DNA from: Octopus sinensis
Taxonomy: Eukaryota
DNA length: 33,000 nt
Assembly (NCBI RefSeq): GCF_006345805.1
Contig: NW_021832428.1
Span: 53,782 to 86,781, forward strand
Direction: 5' to 3'
Shown: positions 1 to 12,600 of the stretch, piece by piece
Numbering within the stretch: position 1 is the first letter of the stretch
Layout: each line of letters starts with the position of its first letter
Made by a program: the position numbers and the translations under genes
The notes under the pieces: generated by a model
What the model was told of the DNA's origin: nothing
Database searches by the model: none
What the model saw: the letters and a program-made list of their open reading frames with translations, nothing else

Positions 1-3000
1 TAGCGGACGAAGCGGACTGCGTTTGGGTGGACTCGACTCATTATTGTGTCGATGGTCTCCTTCAGTCGGTCTATTCTCTTCTCATCTTCCGCCAAACACT
101 CCAGGAAAGTCTGCAATGAACTGTCCCCTCTTACTTCGTGCTTGTCAATGGCCGACAGCAGTTGGTTCTTGTCCTCGCAGGACGGACGCACTCTCAGCAC
201 TTGTTCTGCCACTTTGATCACCTTTCGGGCGTATTCCACTCCCTTCTCCATGTCCTCTGCCTCCACATTACACACCACTCACACCAATTCCACTGCTCGC
301 CCAAGGTTCCTCCCCCTCTCGGCCATCAGTTCACCCACTCGCCCCCACTCACTCCCCACTCTACTTGCCAACTCCCGTCCCATCTCCTCCCTTTTACTCA
401 CACACCCATACTTTGTGCTGTTCTAACAACATTCCCACTGTCTTCATGTCCCCAAACACATTCCCGTTCGACAACAGATACTCCTCCACTTCACACAACC
501 ACGTCTCCTCCAAACACTCTCCTCGGAATATCTCTCCTCCATCCTCCATCACTCCACTCTTGTGCCACTCCACTCGATTCTATCCTTCACCCACACTCAC
601 TACTCGAATGTATTCACAATATTCCATCGCCCTCCCCCATCCCCTCTCTATTTCATCCACCAAACCACCATCCCCTCCATCCTTTACCACCTCTTTTGCT
701 ACCGCCACACATCTCCGGTAATCGTCCTCGTTCAATTTCTCACATTCCCTCTACCATTAGGCCTGCTCATACCTCGAATCCTTCAATCTGAGTCCTCAGT
801 GTGTCCTCATCCGTCGAAAGTGGTTGAATGTGTATGCACGCACAAAGACTGTTCTCCACCCATTCCAAGTGTCTCCTATAGGACAACACGTGGTTGATCT
901 GAGGACATTGATGGGAGAATATACTCTCATAATATTGGACTCCACCCTGTTGGAGTACACTGAGAGCTGAGAGGACCGTGCATCAATCTCCCTTACTGTG
1001 CTTTGCAATGCTCTGTGTTGGGCCAGTTCTTCCAACTCGGCCTACTGGTCAGAATAATATTCAACTTGGAGAGAGTAATACACATTGTACAGACGTTCCA
1101 AATCAGTGTCAGACTGCCACACACATTCCCGACTGAGGAGTACTCGAGTGTATTCCACATTGCTCTACACAATCGGGAATACTCATCACTCTCAGTTTGC
1201 TCAATTCTTGACAAATGTCCGCCCACGAAAAGACCATTTCTTCAAACCGCGAGTCGCATTGGAAAGAACTCACCGAGTCCAGTAGTCGTTCATAGTTTAG
1301 TAACATGGCTGATATGGCGATCGAGTCATCAAGCAAGTCCTGGTAGTCCACTTTGGACTGCTCATTTGCCAAGGCACACTTCAATTCTCTCATTTTCCTT
1401 TCCAAAGTCTGCAGAAATGAGGGGAATGATGAAAACTGATTCCATTTCCCTCATTGCCTCAGTCCTCGACTCAATCACTTGACAGTGTCGAGACAAAGTC
1501 GCGTGACTCCGTTCGAATTCCTGGAGGGCTACTTGATACCTCATTTCCACTCTCCGAACAATCCTCAATGCCGACTCTCCCAAATACTCCTCCACCGAGT
1601 TGAGAACTCTCATCACTTGCTCCATCCCCCTTCTTTGGGACTCGAATTGGGAAAATATAATCTGTGCATATGTTAGAGGGGACTGCCTGTTGGGGGACAC
1701 TCTCCACGGATTGTGTCATGTGCTCATTGAAGGTGCAAATACTGGACTTGACAAATTCAAAAAATGCGGAAATAATGTCCCACACGTGGGCGGTCTCTTT
1801 ATACACGTGGGCGAGTATTCGTGCCCTGTGTTGTGCTTTGTCAGTCAAATTAAGAATGTCTGAATGAGTGAGTTGTGTGAGGACTGCCAGCAAGTTCTGT
1901 GACAGTGTGGGCGTGGACTTACATTGTTTATATTCTGTTCATGTCTCAACAGGTCGGGGTCGATTGGAATGTCACTCTCGACTGCCTCTTTGCACAAATC
2001 GTGTATTTTCTGAATAGTAACGTGTACATCTCCACAACAGTCGAATTGACTTGTGTCTTTGGCCTGCCTGATGTGGTCGAGTTGTCGTTGAAGAACATGA
2101 GCGCATTCACTGTGTGTGCTCAGTTTGCCAATTCGGGCGATATATAACTGACTGAGGGAAATGTTTCTCAGAATGTAGTGAGACTGGGCAGTTCAAATTG
2201 GGGAATACTTGTAGAATGTCATCTCCCTCAGTGTCCCTCAACTCCTGAAGGACTGGATTAATTCGATTGATAATATTCACTGCCTCCCTAAAGTCACCAA
2301 ACCTACATTTAGTGCAATGTTAATACTTTTTAGTCATGGACTGGAGGACAGCGAGGCTTCGGGTGGCCAATTTATTTCTCAATAAAAGTAATCCCCCGTT
2401 CTCGGTGACTCGAAAGGATGCGAGGGTTGTGAATATTCTCAAGAGTTGTGTCACCTCCCTCATTTTGTCCGACATTGCAGCCTCGATAGTCTGTCGTGGT
2501 CAGAGTGGAATATACAGTCATCATAGTCCCCTCGTTCTGTTCTAGTTGGGAGTCGGTCTTGTCCATCCACGCCAGCAGATTGCTCATGCCCGATTGGACC
2601 TATTTGTCGTACTTGTTTCATACTTTATTGACTACTCGCACTAACACATTTTCTCGCACGACTTTCCAACGCTCCAATAACTCCCCACATCCAATGCAGT
2701 CCGACAGATCCACCACAGCCTGAATGGTCACCCAATCCTCACTTTATCCACACGGTCCCGCGCAGAGGACAGTCGTCTCAGTTGTTCTTCCAATGATTCG
2801 TTTAAACCAGTCTGAAACAAGTCGGCAGTTTCCTTGATAATTCTTTCGAGTGGCTCCAGTCTGGGACAGTCACCAACACAGTCAATACTTGGTTGAGTGC
2901 TTTCCTGCCAGACTCGACAAGTCTGCCACCACGCCCTTCAAGGCGACTGCATTGGCCAACACGGCGAGCGCATTATTCAGCAAATCTCCGAGAGAAGGAT

Positions 3001-5720
3001 CGGACTGTCACAATCAGCAGTTCTTAAACTACTTTAATCATGTCCTCGATCTCATTTTTTAGTCTTTCTGCCACTTGCCACTCCTCCCTCACTTGTTTGC
3101 CTATTTCTGCGATTTCTGTGACCACGTCGTCTGATTGGCTGTCAATCCTCGAAGACAGAGCAGACAGATCAGTCCGGAAGAGAATGAACTTGTTTTTTAT
3201 CCGTTCCAACTCGCCTTCCTTTTCTCGACATAGTGTGTCTGCCCGGCGGGTAATTTGTTCTAAACAATCCGCCAATTCTTCGAAGCGGTGGAGAATCGAC
3301 TTGGCTGAACTGGTCGTTGAGGGAAGATAAATGTGACTCATGCAGTTTTCCGCGATTTTGTTGTTGGGCCAACTGGACGTGATTGTGTCCTAAGGATGGG
3401 TTATTGCCAAAGAGACAATTTTAAATTAATAATATATACTTTACCCGATATTTATTTTGAACTTGCTCCACTTTCAAAATGAACTCTCGCTTTCCATTTT
3501 TCATTTTATTCTCCAAATCCTTGACTGAAGACACGTTGCCCGCCTCTTTCTCGATGGACGACAGGAGTGCCTCACAATCCTCAACCAGTCCTCTGAACAC
3601 CTCGCACGACCAGTCTGTGTAGTCCAAGGCTTCCTTCCCAGCGTGGAAGTAGTCCAATGTCTAATTTGAATGAGTTGGCCGACCTTTTGGAGAGTGTGAA
3701 TTAAATTGGAAGGAGGGGGGTGAGGACTATATGTAATGACTGCCCGCCGGTACATGTCCATGTCTCGAATGAGTGACTCGGTCTCCCTCTTTGTCCAATC
3801 ACTCAAATGATTACTTTGCAGTCCCATGATTGGATGCCCCACTCGTCGGCCAACTTGACTAACAACTCAGTCAAATACTGCACGATCAGTTGGCTGCCCA
3901 GAAAGTATGCCACCCCCGAATTGAAGTCATACAACAATTCACATTCCTGTCTCACCATAAAGGAGACCACATTCCGCGAAATGAGGGACTCTGAGAGTAC
4001 AAAGTCCTGCCCGAATATATTAAATTTAGTAATTTCCCCGACACTGCCCTTAGCAAAGGCAGGTCTTGTTGGGAGGGACAGACTGAGTTCATGAATGACT
4101 TGTTGAGGAGACTTGTTGGTGAGTCCCTGGGCGAATGCAGTCAACGTGCCCATTTGTTGATTCCTCAGACAGTATGTTGTGTGGGGACAGAGGGGGGAGG
4201 GTGGGAAGAACGTGGGAGTAACCAAATCAAAGAACAATCGGAGAGTTCGTTTGTTCCACCACCCACGGGGACAGGTGTATACTTTATAGAATGACTCGAA
4301 TGTTTCCTTTATCCCACAGCGGAAGGAAAACCAGGTCATGTTTATCAGAAACGTGAGGAGTGCTTCCTTCAGCGTGATTGACCTGGACAGAGGATAGTCC
4401 CACAATGGTCTGGTCAATGCGAGAGTGAGGCATTGTGTGATGAGGAGGTGGGGGGAACACACATCCCTCAGCACAAAGTCATTCTGACAGGCAGGCAGTG
4501 GGAGTGAGCAGAGGCACTTCCAATGTGCGTGGTAGACGGGGGGCGACAGGCTGTTGTCGAAGAATGTCTTCACAAGAGAGTGGACGTGCTCCAATGACAG
4601 TCTTTCTTCCCCGAAAGCTTCCTGCACTGAGCAAACCCGTCCGTGTTGTCGATGGTCCACAAATACAAACAAGTCCCCTCTCACTTGATAGTCATCGCAG
4701 TCCTCCAAGGGCGGGGGACTGTGTCCTTCCAGTGGAGTGATTTGGGGATTCAGTGTCTCCCAGGACATTTGGGAACAATTCTCCGAAAGGGTTGAGAAGA
4801 CAAGACCAAAGTTTGGTTGTGGGGGTTGTGTGTTTGGTGGGAGGACGACCAAGCGGAGTCTCCTCTGGGAAACCAATTCGGTGGTGGTGGTGAGGGAATA
4901 CGAGTCATTTGGTTGTTTGACCGCAAACAGGTCTTGTCCAAGAATGGCCAAATGTCCTCTGTCTATAGCACACGTGAGGTCGATTGGGGCAGGGAGTGCA
5001 TCCAGTCTCACCTCCACGACCAATCTCTCTCGGAACATCCTTTCGGGCCTCTCGGAAATGGACAGGACTGAATGTGGACTGGAATAAGGAGGACCCTCAC
5101 TTTGTCCAGATGTATGACTTGGAGGCGTACTGTGTGTTGGTGGAGGTGATTTGGACATATCCAGTGGTCATGTTATGAGTGCCCTCATTGCTGTTCTTCC
5201 TGAAGGTTATCTTTTCGTAAAACTCCATCAGTTCTCGTTTGATTCTGCGAATAATTATAAACAAATCAGTCTCGATCGATTAAGCATGTTGCCTTAAGCA
5301 CTCACTCGCTTAGACTCTCGTCTTGGACAAACAGCCACGGAATGGAGATTCTGTCCCCCTTCGCAGTCTCCACCTGCAATGACATTAGGGAGGCAACCAA
5401 GTAGTCGTCGAGTCCATCCATCTCCATAAACTGCACTCGATCTCCCTCCTTGAGTTGACTCTACCAATAAGGCACGACTTCACTTTGTAGTCAACAAGGA
5501 GGCAGAATGATGTGTTCTTGGGACGCAGGTAGTCCATCCGCCTCAGCAGTTGTGTCACCTTCCCTTCCTCTCTTGATGACATCACCTCCTGCAGTGCTGT
5601 CAAATGGTGTGTCAGGCTGTGTCGTATTCTATCCGCCGAGTAACACCCCCTCTCGTACAACTGGGAACTGGTTGTCAATAGTTGTTTCAGGCAGGTCGAA
5701 ATGTGGTTGACTGTCTCCAT
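1..5720 (-). CDS. Large multi-exon SH3 + spectrin-repeat coiled-coil protein (plakin/spectraplakin/spectrin-superfamily-like); 3' end lies beyond the window start
   Basis: Successive minus-strand ORF pieces join in frame through GT-AG introns at 5461-5483, 5374-5397, 5245-5305, 5079-5100, 3789-3814, 3661-3683, 3390-3444, 3005-3032, 2861-2888, 2720-2742, 2600-2623, 2491-2515, 2303-2326, 2184-2208, 1897-1922, 1662-1683 and 1358-1379 (mostly 22-28 nt). The spliced product has spectrin-like helices (QLYERGCYSADRI; LLERWKVVRENV..LLAWMDKTDSQLE) and an SH3-like segment (LVDYKSQLKEGDRVQF..VETAKGDRISIPWLFV). Splicing between ~430 and 1230 is only partly resolved. Confidence 0.7.
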
Positions 5721-5748
5721 TATATCACTTTACCGCAGTTCTTAATGT

Positions 5749-6660
5749 TCACATTTTTATTCCTATAATATTTCTATTCGTTTTTGTATCAATAACCGTT
5801 TTACTATTTGGGACCAATTTTGAATACCACTTCTTTCTCAACCAGTGGAAGGCTGTGTCTACCACATCAAGAATAATGGAACCCCGCAAACAAGTAAATT
5901 GTGAGTGTGCCAATGGATGGCTGTTAAGAAGTTTGTTGTTTTTGAGCATCCTGATAGCACGAGTGGAGATGTAGTCATGGATTAGTTTATTCGCAGTTTT
6001 CCCATTGTTGGTTGAGAGTATTTTTGATAGACATCTACATTGATCGGCCAGAGTAAAAATGATGTGTCTTTTGTTTTCTGGAATAGAGATTTTGTGACTT
6101 GGATCAGAAGAGTCTTGTATTTCCTGTAGGAATTGGAGTCCTCTCATCGTCAAATGGTCATCGACCGGAAGAATACAGGACTCCCAATGAAGATGATCGA
6201 TGGGAGTGGATGCAAGGCAGCCAGTTATTGTGCGTAGCCCTGAGTTTTGGATTCTTTAGAGTTTTTGGAGGTTTGAATGAGACAAGTTCCATGACCATGC
6301 TGGACTAGCATAGTTCATAGATGTTCTGACAAATTGTTTGTAAACCAAAGTGAGGCATTCTTTGGCTTGGCCTTAAGTTTGCCCAGATAAGGCACGTAGT
6401 GCATTCAGTTTTCGTTTGGCTTTGGTGAAAATGAGCTCCACGTGTTGCGTGAAAGATAGGCATTGATCGAATACGACTCCAAGGATTTTCGGGTTTTTTA
6501 TGACAGGAATTATTTCGCCGGCCACATTGAGGACTGGGTTTAGGTTGAATTGTCTTTTATGTGTTTGTGGAGTAACTCATAGAAGGCGTACTCTTCCAGG
6601 GAATTCAAATTATAATCACAAAGGCAGTCTAATCCCTTCCAGAGAAGTACTTATTGTCGC
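5749..6660 (-). mobile_element. 5'-truncated, decayed APE-type LINE (I/jockey group): RT thumb and C-terminus
   Basis: Translation across stops and frameshifts gives KNPKILGVVFDQCLSFTQHVE..YKQFVRTSMNYASPAWS..LRTITGCLASTPIDHLHWE; similar to the copies at 13250-14931 and 27590-28520. Confidence 0.8.
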
Positions 6661-6722
6661 ACAGGACAATCACACACAACCAAAATTAACTAACAACCAA
6701 ATTTATTATCAAAAAAAGAAAA

Positions 6723-6979
6723 TTAGTTGGAGGCATCAATCTCGGACTGAGTCTGCTCGATCATTTCGTTGATGGAATTCTCCATTTCGTCAATCCGTCC
6801 GCCCATTTGGTCGACTGCGAGTCAGCCACGACAATACTTTTGGCCATTATATCCTCGGACATGCTCTCGAATTTGCTCTGCAGTTGTTCCAACAGATTCT
6901 GGATCTCGTTCGACTCCTCCATTGCCTTTCGAGTTTCCTCGTTTATGTCCATTTCTGACTTGTTTCCCGACTCCGCCAT
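6723..6979 (-). CDS. HSBP1: Heat shock factor-binding protein 1 (77 aa, one 23-nt intron)
   Basis: Removing intron 6815-6837 (gtattgtcgtggctgactcgcag) gives ..IQNLLEQLQSKFESMSEDIMAKIDQMGGRIDEMENSINEMIEQ.., matching the HSBP1 family signature. Confidence 0.9.
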
Positions 6980-7130
6980 CCTACTAAACAGAGATCACTT
7001 ATTGGGCATACCACACAACCAAACAACAATTCCTTTATTTTTATGTCATTTCATTATTACTTAATTATTATTCCTTCAAAATAAATATACGACAAAGGGG
7101 ACGAAGGGTGACAAATAATTTTATTATATA

Positions 7131-7740
7131 CAATCAAATCACTCTAAACCGATTCCTATAGAGAGGAGACCGGTATATTGCACATCAAATTTACTTATAA
7201 CGACAAAGTGATATTAATAAAAATTTGTCAATAAGGATTGGCTCGTTTTTAGCCTCGATTTAGCAATCGTTTTATTTTTTGGATAGATCAGTCTGTCGAC
7301 GGGATCGAGTAATGCAGGGTCTTGAATGCAAACAAAGTGGTAGATTTAGCATTTTTTGAACATTTGTGCGTAGTAATTTCTCTATATTTTCTGGCCTGTT
7401 TGCTTATCTGAGTCATCGTCATTATCTTCAGAAGCTGAGACTGTTTGTATTGGCCAACGGGGAATGATTCCTATTCATTGAGATTTTCAGTGGGTAGTTA
7501 AAAGTCCAAGTTGACAAATTCTTCTTCTGTCACGTCATTATCGACTAGTTTATTCATGAGGGATATGAACACTAAATTGTTTGCATGATTGTTGTGTAAA
7601 TTACATTTTTACAGGAATGCCAGACTTATTAAGCAGGGGAAGATTGTGTTTTATTTCACATCTATCTAAGCTGTGCTAATCCATTAATAGCATCTAAAAA
7701 AGAATTTTTGGCAAGTGGTGTCGCAAAAGAGGAACAAGGA
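7131..7740 (-). mobile_element. Decayed pogo/Tigger (DDE_1) transposon, 3' remnant
   Basis: Remnant motifs LDAINGLAQL..TIFPCL, EEEFVNLDF and QSLIDKFL resemble pogo/TIGD C-termini; a TA + CAATCAAATCACTCTAAACCG TIR-like end lies at 7129-7151. Confidence 0.6.
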
Positions 7741-7792
7741 AATATTAAAGCAAATAATTAGGTTAGTCAATTAGTAACATCCGAAATGTAGG

Positions 7793-8596
7793 TCAAAAGC
7801 AATCCTTCCAGCATAGAAGATTGCTTGATGCGGGATATCGGCAGAGGTTGCAATCTATTGTGAGTAAACTAACACACCATAGGCTTCCTCAGTGATTATT
7901 AGTGTTGCGTCTGTTGTTGCAAATGGATCCATTTCTACACTTTTATCAGTTAATTTGATATCTAGCTGATTTGTCACTGTTGTAATCCTTATATTTGAAT
8001 ATATAAGTATACATTATGGGTTGGGACCCATTTGTGAATATGCACATTTTCTGGCCGTCAATAATACTACAAAGTCAGTAAGTTAAAATACCTCATGTAG
8101 AGGGGAAGACTGATTTTTGGCCTCAGGAAAATGGTATTTAATGGCATGTCACTTTAATGTTAGAATAAGATTTGTACAGGCTTAATGATCCGACTAGACT
8201 TGCAAAGGCATCTACGTTCACGTAACGAAGGTCACTACAGGATTGCAGTTCTCTAATGATTCAAAATATTTGAATGTACATATGGCGTAGGTGAATCAAC
8301 CCGTCAAATGAGTTGTTTAGTATTCTCTTTAGCGAGTCTCCACGACAGTGACTAGTGTTAATAAAATGTTGATTACAATTGCTCCAAGTACGTTAAATTC
8401 GAGAATATTTCTCCATTTGGAAATAGAACGTTGCTAGAAATTGCAATTATTGTGTTATGTTCTGCAGCATTTGCTCCATTGAATTCACAGTTTTGCAAAA
8501 CTCTGATTCAAATAAGAAATTTTTCAAAAACTGTTGTGTTAAATCACAGTCTCTTTGGACCACTAAGTCAACCAAAAGTAGGACAAGTGAAAGCAT
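7793..8596 (-). CDS. Putative secreted/surface leucine-rich-repeat protein (~210 aa) with six 23-27-nt introns; one apparent 1-nt frameshift near 8455
   Basis: Introns 8352-8376, 8253-8279, 8152-8177, 8067-8091 and 7988-8012 (all phase 2) and 7855-7877 keep one open frame: IFSNLTYLEQFHCRGDSLKRILNNSFDGLIHLRHIELQSCSDLRYVNVDAFASL. The hydrophobic N-terminus MLSLVLLLVDLVVQ starts at 8596. Confidence 0.65.
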
Positions 8597-8885
8597 TCTA
8601 ATTAAGGCTAATATTTTATTGCGAATAACTCATTGGTTAGACAACAAATAAATTAAAAACTTTATTAACTAAATCCAAAACCGAAAATAATAAGAAATTA
8701 AGTAATTATTGATCCTAGTTTTTGGAAATTTTTCTCATCTTGAGGGGACTCCATAACTCATTATTTCCACATTTACTTTCATGCTCAGAGTCATTTATAA
8801 CTTGTCAATTTGTTTCATCTGGGGTTTTCGCATTATTAGTTTGTCATTGCAAACAACTGCCGTAATGACTTCTTTATTAGGCATA

Positions 8886-9040
8886 TTAATTCCCATTCCT
8901 ATGCTCCAGAACGATGCTTTCTAGTGTCTTTTTCATTACAAATGCCAGAATGTATGTTCTTGTCGGGCCTTGAATAAATAATCTTTCGATATAGGAGATT
9001 GAACACTTTGTAATACTTTTAAACCTACTCCGTCCCTATT
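8886..9040 (-). mobile_element. 3'-terminal fragment of the R4/Dong-like retrotransposon family
   Basis: ITKCSISYIERLFIQGPTRTYILAFVMKKTLESIVLEHRNG aligns with VTRCFKNYMDKLYIEKSTMTYIQSIVLKRTLESMIIEHKHG of the copy at 9612-13116. Confidence 0.75.
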
Positions 9041-9044
9041 CACA

Positions 9045-9215
9045 AAAAGATAGAACACTATTTTTTTCATTACTGTCGTTTAAATCATATATTTTTACTG
9101 GAATGCCACATTTATTAAAGCAGAGAGAGATTGTGTATTATTTACGTCCATCCATGCAGTGCTAATCCACGGATAGCATATAAGAAAAAATTTTAGGCAA
9201 GCGGTGTCGCAGTGG
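9045..9215 (-). mobile_element. pogo/Tigger transposase remnant
   Basis: Diverged ~120-bp direct repeat of ~7611-7735; translates to YAIRGLAL.WMDV....CFNKCGI, the pogo AW..V...I.NCF.K.G region. Confidence 0.55.
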
Positions 9216-9611
9216 TTTCTGTTTCGGAAGCAGTCAAGATGATTAACAAAGGAATTGTAGAGAATTGAGCAAGAGGAGAAATGCCTGGTTTCAATTACCT
9301 ACAAAACACGGATTGGATGCCACCTACGTCGCACCGACTGCTGAAATCGATTGACGAGATGTCTGATAATATAGAATGATTGAGAAGGAGAGGGAAGAAG
9401 TTTGCAGTACTGTGAGCAAGTGTTGGACTGCCCCACCAATCTCACTCACCCGAGATTAGGGTGTAATACAGTCCGACCTTGAATTGGAACACTAAGTGTT
9501 CCAAAAACTGAGGTTTTGTCAAAAAATTAATATCAATATAAATTTAATTAAGACGTTTATTTACGAAACCAAAATTTAATTAAGATTAAAATATTTAATT
9601 AATTAGGACTT

Positions 9612-12600
9612 TCAATCCTGATTGATAGTCTCTCTTCTCCTTTTAGGAGAAGAGTCTGCTGCTTGTTCCTCTTCATTCTCTATCTCTGCGTCGGTTGTTG
9701 TGCGTCTTTTATCTTTGAATGAATTCCTGGCGGCATGCCATTTCTACTAGTTGATCGGTCGCAGAGGTATATTCCTCGCCAGTTATCTTCATTCCATGCT
9801 TGTGTTCAATTATCATGCTCTCTAGCGTCCTTTTGAGCACAATCGATTGGATGTATGTCATTGTAGATTTTTCAATATATAGTTATCCATATAATTTTTG
9901 AAGCATCTTGTGACAACACCATCCCAGGTCAGAACCACAGGAATAATTTTAACTTGGCATTCGTAGAGTAGTGACAGTTCATTTGCAAGGAAATCATATT
10001 TTGAAGTTTCTCAACTTCCACTTGTTTTAAGCGGTCCTGAGATGTTATGCCCACCTCGATTAAGGTTATTTCCTTTTTAATCTTGTCATAAACAAAGATA
10101 TCCGGTTTATTGAAGTTGACTTTATTTTCTGTTATAATTGACGTGTCAACTTTAATTTCTACATTTTGAGTTGACAATATCGACTGAACTGAATGAGTCT
10201 TTAATTTCCTGTTCTTTTTGATTCCATACATTCGACAAATATGAAGATGGACACATTTAACCACCTCGTCATGTCTTCGGAGGTAATCGCTATTGAGCAT
10301 TTTACCACACTGTGTGGCCAGATGATCAACAGTTTGTTTACTTTTTTTACAATGATTGCATAACGGCCTCGTGTTTGCAAAAAACAAATTTCTATCTTGC
10401 AGAAGGCAGTATAATGCTTCACTTCGGGGGCCATTATTTCCTTTGGCTAACCATTCTGAGGAAGTAGAAAGATCGACATTTGATTCATTCAAGCATTTGA
10501 ACATAACAGAGTGTAGTACTTGGACTTTATTTTGTTTAGCAAATATTTTTTCTGAATGTCTTGGAGAAAATTAATATCTATGCTTTCTGTGTCAGCAATA
10601 GCGTATTTAGAGGTAAGAAATCCTGCGATTGTAGTCAAATGCCATTTCTTTGTTTTAATAACTCGCAGAATCCCCGACCTTCGCAAACACACAGCCGACT
10701 GTCTTTCCAAGCTTTTAAGAAATTGCATGAGTATTAATTCGCTCTTGAACGAGATGGAGGCAAGTCCTCTTCCAAAAGTTTTGCGGTCTAAATACAGCCT
10801 TTCTTTATTTGCAGGCTGGAAATGTAACTTGAGTGTCATGAGCAGTCGACGTATTTGTTTATCAATGTCATCAAATTCATATGGCTCGATATTAATTAGC
10901 CCAATATAATAATTATATAGGGACAATGCATATTCATTTATGGCATAGAATAAATTCACCGAATTCAATTTTGTTTTTGACAACATAGTTATTTTTTTAC
11001 ATTCTCCATTATTGAATCCATAACTTTATTCTTGAGGACATTACTTCCTCCATCTTCAAATACTCCCAAATAGCGATATCCATTGATTCCTTCCAAAGTC
11101 TCACAGCATGATAAAGATTTGACATTAGAGGCCGATTTTTCAGAGTTCATCTCCAGGCCAACAATGTCGAAAAATTCTTTAACAGCTTCCACCATTTTAA
11201 TAACAGTGTCTTCTTTGAGAGCAAATATCTTTAGATCGTCAATAAAAAATAGGTGATTGGTAGAATATGTCAGCATATTTAGATCCTCCTGATTAATTTG
11301 CAATTTGGGAAATTTAGAGTTCAGGATCCTGCTTAGGGGATCCATTACCATAACAAATAGCAATGGGGATAATGAATCTCCTTGTAAAATTCCTCGAGTT
11401 AGCTTTATTGAACCAATTTTTCTTCCATCAAGGTGTAGATTTACTTTCCACTTCTTGACTATACTTTTCACAAAGTTAATAATCCAGAGTGGAATTCCAG
11501 AGCTGTCCATTATGTGAAATAAAAATTGGTGATCAACCGAGTCAAAGGCTTTCTTTACATCCACCCAAGCAGAGTACAGACTGTTTTCATATTCCTTGTT
11601 CAAGCATTGATTAATAAATGCTTGCTCTTTCGCACCCTGACATTGCTTTCTGGTTTCGAGTTGATTGTCTGAAATCAGCCCAAATCCATCCACAAAGTCA
11701 AAGAGTTTAGCATTCACACACTTCGTTACAAGCTTGTACAAAGTTGGCATACACGTTATAGGACGTAAATCCTTTGGATTCTCACAATCATCCTTTTTTG
11801 GAATCAAGTAAGTTAATCCCGTGTAAAACCAACTCTCGGGCATGTACTCACCCTTGATTATCCGGATTACTTCATTACACAAGAATTCATGTAATGATTC
11901 CATTTTCTTGATGAAAAAGTTATATGTTCCATCGCATCCGCACGCCTTCCAATCAGGCACATATTTGAGCATATCTTTAACCAACTCATTTGTGAATTGA
12001 GGTTCTATAGCTTCACCACCGGTAGACCTCACATCCACACAATTATACGAAACGTGATCCATATTTCTCTTTCTCCAGACGTCCTCCCAGAATAAAAAAC
12101 ACTCATTATCATCAAAGCCATATAAGGTTACTTCATTATTCGACGATAAGTTTCGGTAAAACCTTCTGCGGTTTAATTCGAAGCACGCATTGTCTTTTCG
12201 GAACTCTTTCCTCGAGTTATAAATGGATATTTGTTTATCTTTAATTCTGATTAGATCATTGATTAAAGTCTCAATTCTCATTAGCCGTAGCGGCAGAGAA
12301 TATCCATTACATTTTTCTTTTCAGATTGAGGTAATGCTTGCCTCGAAAAGGAATTCACTAATTTAATTTCAGCTGCTAATTTCGAAATTTTGTTTTCTGT
12401 ATTTTCCAACCATGTGCTTTTTGTTTTAGGCCTTATAGTTAAGGCCAAATAAGCACACTGTGCAGCATATAATATGTCTGTAATCTGATCCATATTTTGT
12501 GGAAGATTATCTTCTGTAATACGATAAATTGCAGAATTCAATCCAGACAGAATATTAGTTTTCACTTTATTTTTTTGGATTTTTGGGGTAGGTTTTCGAG

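Noticed and set aside
23-1482. Plus-strand His/Pro/Ser/Thr-rich ORFs (e.g. 138-791, 1003-1482)
   Set aside because: Antisense shadows of the purine-rich minus-strand spectrin-like coding sequence.
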